From Bigelowiella natans CCMP2755 (taxonomy: Eukaryota > Protista > Cercozoa), in contig ADNK01001860.1 in NCBI GenBank assembly GCA_000320545.1, forward strand, positions 1-64,000: a stretch of 64,000 bases of DNA, in the 5' to 3' direction. Positions 25,075 to 38,756 of this stretch are shown here, one piece after another; position 1 is the first letter of the stretch, and every line of letters starts with the position of its first letter. The position numbers and the translations under genes are program-made. The notes beneath the pieces are model-generated. The model searched no databases. It was given only the letters and a program-made list of their open reading frames with translations, and was not told the origin of the DNA.

Positions 25075-25233
25075 CACATAATATACTATACTCCCTAACA
25101 TGTGATTATGTACACAAGCCAAAACATGCAACACGTGTTCATGTAGATGGAGGACAATATACATTCACATTGGGCTTTTAGACGATAGAGGCGAAAGAAA
25201 TACATCCCAATTGTAGCGCGGGCCACATGTGCA

Positions 25234-25290
<57 letters not shown>

Positions 25291-26567
25291 ATGTAGAGAT
25301 CTCATCATGAATCCTACCGCCCTGCCGCATCATCTTTGGCGGCTCGCTCTCCCTCCCCGCCTTCAGCAAGACCGCCTTTATGCCCAGATATCCCCACATT
25401 AGACCCTAGTGCGTTCCACGCGGGCATGGGAAGTGCATACTCTTTATACTCCCTAATGCGTTGTTGTTCAACACAGAGGTTGCGAGAATCAGAGTTTGCT
25501 TTTGTCCATTACTTCATTTATACGATAGAAGATTACGGGTGAAAAACCCACGGTCCCAGGCGATCGATATTGTCAGGAGCCCCTGAAGGGTATAGCATCA
25601 CGATGTCGTGCAAATCCGCGAAACCGAACCTTTTGTAGTGGTTAGTAGACGACCACAACAAAGTTTGACAGAGTGAGTTACGATGAAACTTCGTCTCGCC
25701 CGTTGAAAACGTAAACAGGCACACAACTAGTGTTGAACTGGAGCAATGTACGTCATTTAGAGCAGCAGTGTGTCAAAATGATGATGATGATGATGGTGAG
25801 ATGACTGTACTTGTCGTCGTTGTTTTTAATAGTAAATGCACTCGGTGGTTGTGATATATTGGGATCCTCCGAACATACCAATTCGACCAATTCGCTTCAT
25901 ATAAGGGGTCATCGTAATAGGCGTGAAAGTCGATGATCAAAGCATGCTTCTTCCCAGGAGCGTATCCCTCTGAGTAATAATCTAGAGTCATCACTCACAC
26001 TCACTCTCCTCCCTCCCCCCCCATTCTCAAACAATGGAACATGTAAGGTTGCATACAATATGTTGTATACAATATGTTGGAATATGCATGTAATGTGGAT
26101 GATCGTCGGTGGTTGGTTCAATATGCTTACTTGGTAGCCTGAGAATGTACTTTCTCTCCCTGGGCCCTAGCTTAGACTCCTACGTGATAATTTAGTTTTT
26201 CAACAGCAACAAATTTTTAGGAGAATGAATTCAATAATGACCAATTTAGTGGTAACTATGACAATGTTACCCATCTAATCCAGCGATGCAGTAACCTTCC
26301 CTTCGGTGCCAGCGCAAAATCAGATGCGTTGTGGAATCTGCTGCCTCCATCATTAATGTTCTCATCGCTCCCAACCGACGACGAAGGCGGCGAAGAACCA
26401 TACTCCGAAGTTTTCTGAACGCTTCTCCCCTTTGCAAATATCGCCAGCAGCCAGAGCGTCGCAACCAATCGCCGATCCCACGCCAGTCTCGAATCAGGAC
26501 ACATGGCCGCGTTGAGGCTGGCTGCCGCCCGTTGTTGCCTCGATGGGTGCTTTGCTTTTTGTACCAT
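20790..26567 (-). CDS. Polyhydroxybutyrate-depolymerase-like (LpqC/Esterase_PHB type) alpha/beta-hydrolase with signal peptide and possible C-terminal TM anchor; multi-exon
   Basis: Exon peptides: ESKLGPRERKYILRLP, GYAPGKKHALIIDFHAY, FADLHDIVMLYPSG, PAWNALG, NDTQMVSSLVEHLK, IDPTNIHATGQSMGGMMA (GxSxG nucleophile), VPVLLV..G..DSIVP, CFFDGKHCYP. The C-terminus AMLTIVFSAAIAAAILRRVFY* is hydrophobic. Terminal exon boundaries are approximate. Confidence 0.75.
22318..22380. repeat. Compound (CA)n(CG)n microsatellite (intronic)
   Basis: A pure alternating purine-pyrimidine tract is seen directly. Confidence 0.9.
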
Positions 26568-26818
26568 GTCGCAGACATATATATATTATAGGCTATTTTC
26601 AAAATGCGACAAAGAAAATGGTAATCGGAGCGAAATTTCCTCCCCTGTTTCTTGTCGGGAGAGGATTTTGCATGTCAGCAGCATGATTTACTGCCAGAGA
26701 ATCCGCCTCTTGCACTCCCAACAACCCGCCCCCCCGGCCACACATTCGTGCGACCACTGCTACTCGTGCCACCCGCAACCGCCAGAGGTTAAGTTTCCAA
26801 GGACAACTTTCAGGGACA

Positions 26819-28602
26819 ATGATGAGGGTTCTATTGGCATCTGCGATGCTGGGATTAACCGCAGGATCAATCGCTAATCCGAGCCATTATCGTCTGGCAC
26901 GGACCGCGTCGACGTCGACGTCGACGTTTGCCGCTGCTGCTGCTACTCCAAGTGCTCTTCGGTTGCAAGGTTCGCATTGCCTCCCACCAAACGATAGCAG
27001 CCCCGTCTCTTGATCTAATGGGTGCGACGTTGCATTCGTTGATGATTCTGTTAGGCAGCAACCTTGCACATAAAAAAGGCATCAGCACTTCGCTGCAACC
27101 CCGGCGAGAGCAATTGCTTCAGAATGGGATGGTGTCTAAGGATAAAGCATTACGTTTCAAGCGAGGGGAAAGGACGCGGGTGTGGGCCAGTGGAGACGGA
27201 GGTATGAGCAGGGAGTATATGATTTGCCGTCACTGATGATGAGCAATGATTCTTGAGCTGTAAAACATGCGGAAATGAATCGATTTGCCCTTCCACTGGT
27301 AGATATAGCTACCTTGTGCGGAAAATAGAAAAGTCCATTACTACGTTTATTGGGAATGTGACGATATTCGCACCAAATCTGCAGTTGTAGATCGACTTGA
27401 TGCTGGACGGCTGGCCACGTTGGCGCTATGGATCTCTTGTCTAATCTACGCGTTTGGATTTGCCCCAGGAGTACCGCTTGGTTGATGATTTCTCTCTTCA
27501 TCTACCCTTTATCGAAGATTATTTGACAAGGGTGGTAACATGTCCGTAGGAGCATCTGGTGAGGGGAGCGATGCTGATATCGAGCTTCTCAAGGTTCATG
27601 TCCTCCTTGTGTGTGCGTCCAAAAGCAGTGTAGCGCGTCACCACTCACTGATATCTTTTACGTTTTTCCCGAAATTCGATGTGGGTGCTCAATCAGAACA
27701 TTATATTTTGCGTATTAAATTCGCCTCCTTTCTCTCTTCTTCTTTGATGATGCATACTAGGCTCTTATAGCCAGTCCGTTCGATGGAGCCATCAACCCAG
27801 TGCGTCTATAATACGATTTATCCGTTTTCTTTGTGAAGCATTGTGTGAGAAAATAAATTTAGTGATAATGGCTGCGGCGGTGATTGCAACACATGATGAG
27901 CACTCCTACTCCTTGCTCAACTGCGAACATTGTGACATTGCAAAAATGCAATCATTAAGTGCCAATATTGGTACATCAGATCTTCGTCTTCGTCTTCAAT
28001 AGTCTGGGGATTATTCCTGCGGTTTGTAATAGTGATAGCGATAGTGGTGATGGTGGTGGTGGTGGTGGTGGAACATAGCAATGTAGAATCCGCAGTAGCA
28101 GTTGTAGCAGTGAAGCAAAACAATAATACATCATCATTTGCTGCAGCATTTCGGTGTGCTGCTTGATTATATTATTTTCACTTTTCTTCACTCAAAAACA
28201 CAACTTACTCTCACATCTCTCTTCAGTTGCATGCGTCGTTGCTGCTGCCAGGGTCAAGCAATCAACGACCATTACCTGCACTTCCTTTCGTCCTTTCAAG
28301 CTTCTTCGCAGGGTTCTTCGCCCTTGGCCCATATCTGGGCCTTCGAGAGGAAAGAGCTGCTGGTTCCGTTACAAAGCAGGATCTTTCAGGGCCTGCCAGG
28401 TGGGACGGCCATGTGGGGGATTGGTTGCCGATATAATGATTCGGATGAACATGATTACTTCTTTGAAAGGATTTTCCCTTTAGAAGAATTAGAAGAGGGG
28501 AAATTACAGAAAGAGAATGATTATGACAAGGATGATGATGATGCGCGTGATCTTGTTGAAAGCTTTCTCCCACAAACCCTCTATTTTTCATCCTATTTTG
28601 GT

Positions 28603-28677
<75 letters not shown>

Positions 28678-29378
28678 CTTCTCGCTTTCCTCCTCGTGTA
28701 GGATTGCAGAGAGCAAGATATTGGGCGGGCTTCTCCTCCTAGCGTCCGTCGGCATGCTCAAATTCGTGTTTACATCTGAAGGAATCTGTAAGATTAAAAA
28801 TAATTCAAATCGAGAGAAAGAGAGAACGGGAAAAGGAGAGAATAAAGAAACTTGCTGCTGCTGCTTCTTGATTCCGTCCCATTTGCTTTCCTTTCTTCAT
28901 TTGCCTCTAGTGTCCGGCAGTGCTGTCCCTGGATTCTGGGATATGTTCTCGACGCAAAAGCTCGTTCATGTCTCCAGCCTCGACTTTTTTGTAACCTCCC
29001 ACGAGCCATCTTTCTCCATTAAAAATAAAAATTTCGTGATGTGTCTATATGTGCCCATTTCATTGTTATTGATTTTGTGATACCCCAAATGACGATATTG
29101 ACGATCCTAGGTGCTTAGCGCCATGATGTATGGACCGATACTGGAGGATTTGAAGCGAAGAACTAACGGGTACGAATATGGTTAGGTGTTAGGAAAAGAG
29201 CAGATGAGCTTTACTGATTACTTCTTGAATGTTTTTCTCTTGTACATCATCTTTGTTTGTCAGACAAGATGATCTGCAGCTTAAATTACGAGCCGCGCTT
29301 GCAACATCTTTGCCGCTTCTCGGACCAAGTCTGCATCTCATTACCCGTCCTAGCCTTCCCGATGATGAATCCGCTTAA
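26819..29378 (+). CDS. Plastid-targeted membrane protein, cyanobacterial DUF2834-like family; bipartite leader; multi-exon
   Basis: Signal peptide MMRVLLASAMLGLTAGSIA is followed by a Ser/Thr/Ala/Arg-rich transit-like region. Conserved blocks: LALWISCLIYAFGFAP, IFVFVFNSLGIIPA, LLLPGSSNQRPLPALPFVLSSFFAGFFALGPYLGLRE, LVHVSSLDFF, EDLKRR, LPLLGPSLHLITRPSLP. TAA at 29376-29378. Confidence 0.75.
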
Positions 29379-29559
29379 TCGATCACAGGGGGTAGAAGCC
29401 CATTAATCGAGGGCGTACACTTGTATTCTACGACATGTGATTTTCGCCATGTCATCATCATGATTATTGTTGGCCAGAATTGCTACATCATTTTTCCTGC
29501 AAAGCGCAAATCCTCTGCTGTCTGTCCTACATTGTGATCTTAATTTCCGCGGGCGCGCA

Positions 29560-30192
29560 CACTCGTCTAGAACTAGAGAAATGGCATCATGACCATCATG
29601 GACTTGTTAGCGCAAGTGGCACAACAACGTCAACTGGTCACCATGCACGCTCGTGCCAGCTGATGTGTCAATGAAAACCAAGCAACACTGACCAGCGACA
29701 TCTAGACATCATGCATCAGCAACAGACGGAAACAACCATCGTTGCACAGTGTTCGGCCTTTGTTCCGGTGCATGCGATGTGCACTGCACATGAGTGACTG
29801 GACCTGGTCATGGCAGTGTGCCATTGCAAGGCCATGCACGATTGCAATGACATTCTGGCATGCGATCATCTCCAGCTGAAACATTGAAGCCTGAACTCTT
29901 CATCGCTGAAACCACACGGGTGAGTGAACGACACGACTGAACGAGTGAGTGAGTGGAGCACTTTCAATGCCTGGTCTGGACGGATCAGGCGAACGAAACA
30001 TTGAACAACAAAGCGCCGCGCAAGAACCACACCCAGCCATTTCTGAGAAAGAAAGAAAGAAATGTTTCCAATGGAGCTGTTGAAAGGATCACCTGACACA
30101 CTGATTCATCCGTGTCAACCAGATCACCAAGAAAAATTTGTGGCATCACTGAGCAGCATGAAGCGGAAAAGACGCCGAGATCAAGAACTGCG
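29560..30192. other. TpA-free intergenic block of unknown origin
   Basis: No TA was seen between ~29705 and ~30192; the few TA just upstream are CTAG/TTAG. Confidence 0.75.
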
Positions 30193-30458
30193 GTAAACCT
30201 ACCGAGACAATCCTCACAGCGTGTCGTACCCGTAGAATCCTAATGGGTTTTTCTTCGATTTGAAGTTGCCCAATCTCCACCACATGTGAACGGCACTGGG
30301 ACAGGAGTGAAATCCCAGGATGTAGGCGGAAAACTATCATATGTTTGACCGAATCAATGTGTCATGATTCTATCTTGACTCCTTGGATCCACGGCTAATA
30401 TCCGAGGTGCTAGTGCTTTTTGCTTGGTCAGGGCTCCGTCGATATACTGACAGACTCA

Positions 30459-32219
30459 ATGAGCGGTGCAAGGCGTACCAGCGGCGTGTGTTCGACCGCG
30501 GGTGGAGAGCACACGCTGCTCAAAGACGCTCGGGGGCAGGTATTCTCCGCAGGGGCTTGTGGGCTTGGATGGTGCCGAAACATGCCAATGGCTGCTTCCT
30601 TGTTTGGCTGGCGAAAGGTGAGATTATAACATCCTGTACGAACCCCATGACATACATGCAGTGTTGGATTCAATAGGGTATGTACCTTAGGCTCTGTTAC
30701 CTGAGCCAGCGAAAAAAGTGATAGGGGGATACTACCACAATCTTGCAATCGGATTGCTCACTGGCAGTGTCTACAGCTGGGGATGCGGCACTTTTGTAGA
30801 GGGAAGGGCTGAAGGTTCGAAACCAGCCTTGGGACAAGGCATCGATGTCAAAGATCTTGGAGAGCAGCCTCGACTCGTCAAATCTATATCCGGTTCAGAT
30901 CTACCCGTCCATGACGCAGCTGCTGGTGCTTATCATTCTGCAGTTTTAACGCGGACGGGGAAGGTACTCACTTTTGGTGCTGGGCAACTTGGTCAACTGG
31001 GCCGTAAGACAAGGTTGCGATTATCTCCTTATTACATGCATGCGGTAGCTTAAAATATATTTCGTATTTTAGAGGTCAAACGGATTCGTCTGGACTTCCA
31101 GTGGACTGTGAACCTGCGCCAGTCGAAGGATTGCCCCCAGGCGTACCTGTTCGATCGATAGGAGCCGGATTCTACAATACTTTGGTAATGAATCCATAAT
31201 TTGACAAACTATTAGAGTTTTTGTGTTGTTTCATACTGGGCTCAACGCAGCTAGCTACATAAAAAGCTTCATAGCTTCCAAATTGCTTGCTAAGCCTTCC
31301 TATCCTACCAACTCTTTTCCTTCTTTCGTTCACTACAGAGACTTTCTATCTTCTCAGAACTTGTTGAACCATTGAGGAAACAACACTTTCGACCAAGCAT
31401 ATTCTCATAATGTCCTCCATGCAGGTTACACTTCAGGACGGGACTGTGTTCTGCAGTGGTGAAAATCAGAATTCTCAGTGCGGTGCTCGATCAAATGGCC
31501 GTTCGAATTTGTTTAAAATGGCACAGGTCGTAGCAAAAGGCTTAGAGAACGAGCATATCATATCTGCAGTTGGGGGCTATTGTCACACTTTGCTCCTTAC
31601 ACGCCAAGGAAGAGTGTTCACTCTTGGATGTTCGGATGACGGTCAGCGAGGATTCGGTACTGTTTTTTTTCTTTTCTCTCGGGTTATGTGCTAAGATTTC
31701 TATATTTGAACAGATTCAAGTAAAGTCGCCAGCACTCTTACAAACGAATTAAAACTTAATGGTGGTTGCAACGATCGGATTCCTCTGAAAGCAGAGAAAA
31801 TTGCTGCTGGAGCAAATCACTCAGTTGTTCTCGCAGAAAATGGGGATGTGTATGCTTTTGGGTAATTTATTATTTTGTTTCGCCACAAGCGACGAACTTC
31901 AATCTATAAAACTAAATCTTCATATTGTAGTTCAAATGAATACGGGCAATGCGGAACAGACCAAAATGTACGTATAAACGAAGACGGGGAAAAAGAACGA
32001 GGCCCGATCTTATCACCTGTGAAAATAGCCGTTCCTTCACATGCGTCGAGAATTGTATCGGTAAGTGCAGGGTATGCACACACTATCCTTACAGATGATA
32101 AGGATAAGGTTTTTGTATTTGGACAAAATGCAAACGGGCAGCTAGGAATTGGCAAGTCCTCTTATTCAGACGAACCTTTAGATGTCGTTGTACCTACACC
32201 TATAGAATTTTCTGAATGA
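30459..32219 (+). CDS. RCC1/BLIP-II beta-propeller repeat protein; multi-exon; start uncertain
   Basis: Repeats AGGEHTLL..GQVFSAG, GGYYHNLA..GSVYSWG, AGAYHSAVL..GKVLTFGAGQLGQLG, GGYCHTLLL..GRVFTLG, AGANHSVVL..GDVYAFG and AGYAHT..KVFVFGQNANGQLG. Confidence 0.9.
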
Positions 32220-32798
32220 TGAAGCTAAAATGCATATTTGGTGCGTACCGCAGCTCTTGATATGCATGTACTAAATGTATGCGCTGCTCATTAGGACGAC
32301 GCCCCTGCAAATAGTGTACGCATCGTGCATGGTCATCTCATTTTTGTGTATGGTAATATCAGTACGTACGCTAGCATCGTAACGAATCGAGAGGTTGTTG
32401 GGCGTATGTCGAGCTTTAGTCCATGTGATTATCGAACATATAACAGGCCGCAGTACTGCGATTTCGGTCGCCAGATTATGCTAGGATATGTTGGACAGCA
32501 GGCGCAGGCGCGCGCTTATGCTATGGTAGTTATTACATGAAGACGCATCAGTACTTTTTTTTCCTTATCAAGTTGGACTGCAGTTGCAACTGTAATGATA
32601 CTACTCATTTTGAATGCACACACTTAACAAAGCAAACACTGATGTCAACTAATGTAAAAATGCACAGTAGACACAGTCTTAAACATGCTTGCGGTGCCTA
32701 TGCTAATCTCTTAAGGTGTTATGCTACCGTGCGTTGCAGCAGAGTCTTGCTATAACCCGAAAAACATTGAGGAAATATGTAGCTGACGATTTGGTAGA

Positions 32799-33574
32799 CT
32801 AGTTGACAGAGTTGCACTTTGGATTGTCAATTGCACATTTATCACAGATAGCCTTCAGTGCATCCCTGTTTCCACATAATAAATCGATACTGAGAAATGG
32901 AACTCTACCACTAAAAAAGTGCTCATACCTCTGGTTCTTGACATTAACATCGTATTGTTCGATAGTCCAATGGTTTGTTGCAGAGCACTCAAGATCATTG
33001 ATGAATTCAGGATGCATCTCGTACATTCGCGCGAAAGCCCACATGCAGATACTGTAAAGATGATCTCGATCAATTTTAAGAAATCACTAGCAATACGAAG
33101 GCTTGTCTTACCACCATGGGCCTGGAAGTGGCCAACTTGAAGCTTCATACTCACTTTTTGCCTGCCCTGTTTTTGTCCAGAATGGGCTGTAGAGTCGGCC
33201 GTCTTTGGACTCAGCAGATGGTAGATTCACGCAAACGTAATGGCTACAATCATATCATAAACTCATTTAATATGTGTTTACAGTGATCATTATGAGCAAA
33301 ACCTTCCAGCGTCATGTTCGACTGCCGTACATCTATTTTCAAGCTCTGGAACAGGTCTCATATACCCCGTTGTTGGATACCTTTGTAGGCATTATCAATC
33401 AGCATGAACCGAGCGACGAATGATGCCAGAACAATACCTTGGATCGTTAACCTTCGATCTGTCGCACTTTTGGAGCGCTCCACCGTTCACATTGAGCTGC
33501 GACTCGGCGTGGTAGCTAGACCGAACTTCCACAGGGCTCAAGATTGCTAACAGAATGCTGAGTGCAAGGACCAT
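32799..33574 (-). CDS. Secreted DUF2237-like Cys-containing protein; multi-exon
   Basis: Signal peptide MVLALSILLAILSPVEV, then LNVNGGALQKC..YPTTGYMR..C..DAG|HYVCV..GPW..CMWAFA, resembling the DUF2237 pattern. Ends CNSVN*. Confidence 0.65.
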
Positions 33575-33957
33575 GGCAGGCGACGATGCTCTCTCGGATG
33601 TGTGGTGTCCTTTCCTTGCTGGATGCCGCGATTCTCGGAACCCAAGTTTATATCCTGGGCGACGGTTGTCGCAGTGGTGAAAACGCAAATAGACATTATT
33701 GTGACGGGTTTATGGTTCGCGACATGGTGTCTCAAGTCTTACGAAGGGAGAAAGATTTTCATAGATCTAGATAGGGTACTTTTCTGAGTGGTTACCGGAT
33801 ACCACCGAGGCAACTACCCATATCTTGAGATTTTACCGCAAAGTAATCAGATGTTCTTCCGAAAATAAACATACAGGCTAATTTTTAGCTACGGCAAACT
33901 GTTTTTCCTTTTTTTTAAAGGTAAATTGCCATCGAAGATCCGCCAGATCTGTGGGGC

Positions 33958-35423
33958 ATGGAAGCGTCGACTTTCCCACCCCCTTCCTCCGAGCCGTCGG
34001 CTACCTTTCAGAGCTTCCTAAGAGCTAATAAAATTTATGGCTCTTTCGCATCAATAGGATCCAATAAATCTACATTTTCGGAGAGATCCTGGTTCTCACC
34101 AGAAAGCTTCAACCCTCGGGTTTTGAGACGGGCAGGGGTATGCCTCTTCATCGGAACGCTAGCGGTGACTTCCAACTCAGTAGAAGGCGCGATATGTAAT
34201 TTTCTAACAATTTTTTTATTGATATTTATCAGATTGCACTGGTTTTGGGAAGTTTACATTCGAATTCTAGCGGTATGAAAGGCAGCGCTCGCTTCAGTGC
34301 AGTCGACAGGGTGAAGGTGTCTCCGGGAAATGAGCTAAAAAGTCAATCGTCAGTACTTGCCCCATCAGGAACCTCAAGTTCCAATCATAGAGCCCCTATC
34401 CCGAATAAGTTTACGAATTCTGTCTCACAGAAAATTGCCGCAAGCGTAAAGAGTGGCTCCAATGCAATGGCAACAAGCGCAAAACAGACCTTTAATCGGG
34501 CAACGGGCGAGCTGGAGCAGATATTCGATAAAATTGACCAGATGACCAACCCTACTACTGCTGCTTACACTACTAAAAAAGGCTGGAGCTTTGCAGGGCA
34601 ACTCTCAGGCCAGGCAAATGAGACCTTAGGGAGAATGTCGGAAAGTTTGAAGCAGGTTGCTGCACAGCCAACGGAAACTCTGGGCGAGGTTGAAAGTGCA
34701 TTACATAAAACTACAGCTGAGATAGCAGGGAATGCGAAAAACGTTCTAGAGAAGATGGGTGGTCAATCGAAACAAGCACTACATGACATCGTGCGTCAAA
34801 ACATGTACTTCCCAACCACCCATGAAAGGGCCTCAACACAGCCATCTGCAGACATGGCGAGTGACGCGAAAGATGCTCTTCGATATTTTGCTGACAAGGC
34901 CGAACGTGCTCTTGAGGCTATCAATGCTGCGGTCGAAAGTCACTCCCTAGATGCGAAGTTCCCTTCCAAAGAAACTAAAGACGCGTGGAATGCCACTGGG
35001 CACTCAATTGCTAAGGATGCCAACTCCGTCGGAAGGACAGTTTCACGTCTATCAAATGGTGTGAGCAAGCAGGTGGCATATAAGACAAAGGTAGCATCGC
35101 ATGCTATTGCCAATCAAACAAAAGTCTCCCTTCACGACCTTGCGAATGAGGCGAAAAATGCACTCGATGGAATGAAGAAGATTATGTCGAACCCACAGAT
35201 CACTTTTGCGGTATTCCCATCACCCAAAACTGAGGCTAGCTGGAACGCAGCAAATGCAGCTATGAAAAAGGATGCGCATTCAGTTGGCCAATATGCTTCA
35301 AACGAAGCAAATTCAATTGCACAATACGGTGCAAAAGTGGTAAAAGGAGCTTCCCATGACATCGCCACCCAGGCCAAAGCTTATCTTGGTGAGACCCAAA
35401 CCAAGCCTCTCAAAAACACATGA
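33958..35423 (+). CDS. Membrane-anchored LEA/apolipoprotein-like amphipathic helical-repeat protein; 2 exons (~33958-34165, 34233-35423)
   Basis: Splicing joins VCLFIGTLA|IALVLGSLHS into one hydrophobic helix, followed by a ~390-aa Ala/Lys/Ser-rich ORF with internal repeats (FPTTHE, FPSKETKDAWNA, FPSPKTEASWNA). Confidence 0.7.
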
Positions 35424-36483
35424 GTCAACACACGAACAAAATCAATGCGTATTTTGGATCTAAAAAATGCAAACAGATAATCTCTTTCTTGTAAATTCTG
35501 CTAGCATTTGATGCTGACTAGCTATATGTGATAGCATCGTGCATACCTAATGTTGATACCACACGTACCCTAATGTTGCTAGCAACATGTGTAGCACCTC
35601 TCAGTAATGTTGTAGGCCACAGTGCCATCCATGCTAGCATATCTAGATATATTCATCACAGCATGGTCGACATTATCTAGTTATGCATCGATCGTATTAT
35701 GGCACACATGTACGCACGCCATTTTCGCTTGCGTGTGCGCTATCTAGCTACGCACTTCCTAGCTTGTGTTAGCCAAGATGTAGTGCGTGGATATCACATG
35801 CTCTCTTACTTTGATATAGTAGCATCCATGGACGTGCGTATCGTTTCAGCAGAACCATGCATACTAGCATGTACCAGGATCCACACGTGCACAGCTAGCT
35901 AGACAGACAGCAACCAGCTAGGTGATGCGCACAGCGAGCCCATGCAGCGGGCTACGTAAAGGCTAAACTAAGTCAGTGACAGCAGGTGCAAGTTGTTTCA
36001 GCAGTGCACCACATGCGATGCAGTCTAGCGCTCGCAGCGTGTACCATGTAGCTGTGTTGCTTGCTCTAGTCCTGTGTGTCATTTGTACATTGCAATTGCA
36101 CGTCGTCGTTGCAAGGATGTACGTGTTACGTTGACAGTGCATGCCGTCTCTGTCGAGTGCATGTGTACGTGACATTACTGTTCTGTCGATAATATGTTAC
36201 ATGTATCGTAAGTATACGTATACCGATACATGAAACTAGGAAATGCGGAAACCTTCTGCTAATGGCTAGCTGCGATCGAAGCAATATGCGTGCGCATCGC
36301 ATGTGCAGCCACATAGCATCGTCTATCTATTCTCCTGCAGGCTGTAACCGTTTTTGGTGATATACAAAGGTATGCCATGTTCGATACCATGTCTATTACT
36401 TTGCATTGCGTACGTTGCATGTAATAACGTGTTATCGGTTATTAATGCGGCTCTGTTACATTGAAACATGCCAAATTTAGTAC

Positions 36484-38273
36484 TTACAGACTATCATGTA
36501 CCTCGGGAGATATTTTTGCATTAGCATCAGCGTGAGGATTTAAATTTCTTCCATCCACCCAGTGAGGGGGGACCATGAAGGTGAGATCCTCTCTTCGCAT
36601 TGCCCATAACTTCGATTGAAAATAAATTATAATAATGAAGGAAGTCAAGATAAAGATGCAAACAGATGCTGGAACTAAATTATAGACATCAAAATATTTG
36701 ATACGAAAGTGTACATTTGGGTTAGGCATTGGTAAGGACAAACGAGAAAAAGAATAAATTCGGACCTTTGGTCTGTAGTGTAAAAACACAGATGTATACC
36801 AATTACCATTGAAAGTGGATGGACGACTGAAGTATAAGCAGTTTTCTTACTCAGTAATCAGAAATCATATTACTATATATCTTATGGACACATGGTGGTG
36901 ATCGTATAGTTTGAAATTTACCCGTGAGATAGTTTTGCACTTTCATAAAAGAGAAGTTGTCCAGGCTTTAAAATGATCTTGTGCTCCTTCCCGTCATGAC
37001 CCTAAATTCCACGATAAAATTAGCAAGGATTTGCGGACAGCTATATAATCATATGTTCATGTACCACAATTTCGAGTGGCCATGGAGCTGTCTCTTGGTC
37101 GGGGTCAGATGCAATGTGCAAGATTCCACTCACTACATGCGTTTCGAGTTTGTCCAAATGCCATACTAAAGTACTGTTTACCAAGAATAGTGAATTGGTG
37201 CATAGGCCGAATAAAGTGTAGTGATAGCTACATGATGATTTAGATACATATAGTTACCTTTCATTAAGATAGAATCGTAGCCCATAGGCTCTCGATAGAG
37301 TGAGAGACATTCCCGCCTAATGCAGTGAAAGAAGTTTCAGCATGTCTCTAGTTTACATTCTGGGATCAGTTATGTATGAAGAAATACCCATTCTTCGTGA
37401 AGCTTTTGTAGCTCTCCAAGAATCTGAAACGGGAAATATTTATCTTAACAACGGGAAGGAGAGATGTTATGGCTGACGGCAACATAGCCATATTCTGAGC
37501 GAATAGGTGAAATTAGCTGCAGGCTTTCACAATTGGCCGACCCTATCGTTTTGCTCAGTTGTGTCCAAGAATCGAGGTTGTGGTTCAATGCCTGGTCGGG
37601 ATATTTATTCGTGAATTTACATCTGGCTAGCATTGTGATAAATTTCATCTTAGCGTTGTTAATTATTGCCCCACAGCATCTTATTTTTCCTGTCACTAAT
37701 GACTCACCATGAATGACTATTACCTGCTCTATCAACTTCCCTTTCAAAGGGGATAGATTCCAAAGGTTTATTTAGAGCTAATTCGCGTAGTTCTTTGTAG
37801 ATATGCTGGGAAAAATAGTATTATTATTATTCATGATAGAATCCCAAAATCAAGCACTGACAATGTAGCCACACCAAATGTAAATGGATAAAGAAAAAGA
37901 TGATTGCTCTTTCACCTCCGGAACATCGACAAGTTCAAATCCAAGGTCACTTATCTTGGGCACCGCCATCGATTGAATCTGATTGTTTTCACGGAGTGAT
38001 TACGCCATGCTACACTCTGGATTACATGGAGATATATCTCACCAGATTGAGCCAACTAAACCAGCGTTCGTCCCGATTGGAGATTTTTTCGAGCTTGCTT
38101 TCTTCCTGCGAAACCCACTCACTCCATCCCGGAGATGTATCCCAAGATTCAGGCGGCCAGCTGTTCCCAAACCTTTTCTGGTATTCCACCACACGATCGA
38201 CTTCTTGAACGCCATTGACACGCAGGACGCCAAAGAGCGACAGAAAACTCACAACTGCCACCCGCCTTATCAT
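36484..38273 (-). CDS. Secreted/ER prolyl-4-hydroxylase-like 2OG-Fe(II) oxygenase; multi-exon
   Basis: Signal peptide MIRRVAVVSFLSLFGVLRVNG, then motifs AYGLRFYLNE, LVWHLDKLETH (HxD), SGILHIA..PWPLEI, LKPGQLLFYESAKLSHG and RPSTFNGNWYTSVFLHYRP. Confidence 0.8.
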
Positions 38274-38756
38274 TTCTGCATTAGCATAGGCGGGGAAGGT
38301 ATTTCTCATCCCAAAGATCACCACCCTTCTCGTTCGTTACGGGGGGAGAGAGAGAGAGAGAGAGAGAGAGATAGAAAATGTATGTGGTCGTGCTCCTAAC
38401 ATCGACGACGAAGAATAATTCCATTTTGGGGGGGAAATCAAGGTGATTTTCGGTATAAGACGCGTACCTACTATTGTCGCAGGCATGGAACAATCACCGA
38501 ATTATTAATTGTAGGATTCAGATGTCACGGCGACAGCAGCAGGCCTTCGTGTACTCGGATGCGGCCTCCCTCGGGTCTAAACAATGCCACAATTGTGGGG
38601 AGGTAGACTGTATAAAATAACCTATGTGATCCATTCACGTGTGCTTATTATTGCAGGGAGATGGCGTGACGGTAAAAGACTTCCGTGACAACGAATTCTA
38701 CTGTCAGGTGAGCCGTAAAAACCAGCTGCACCATACTTTTCTATCTAATTACTTTA

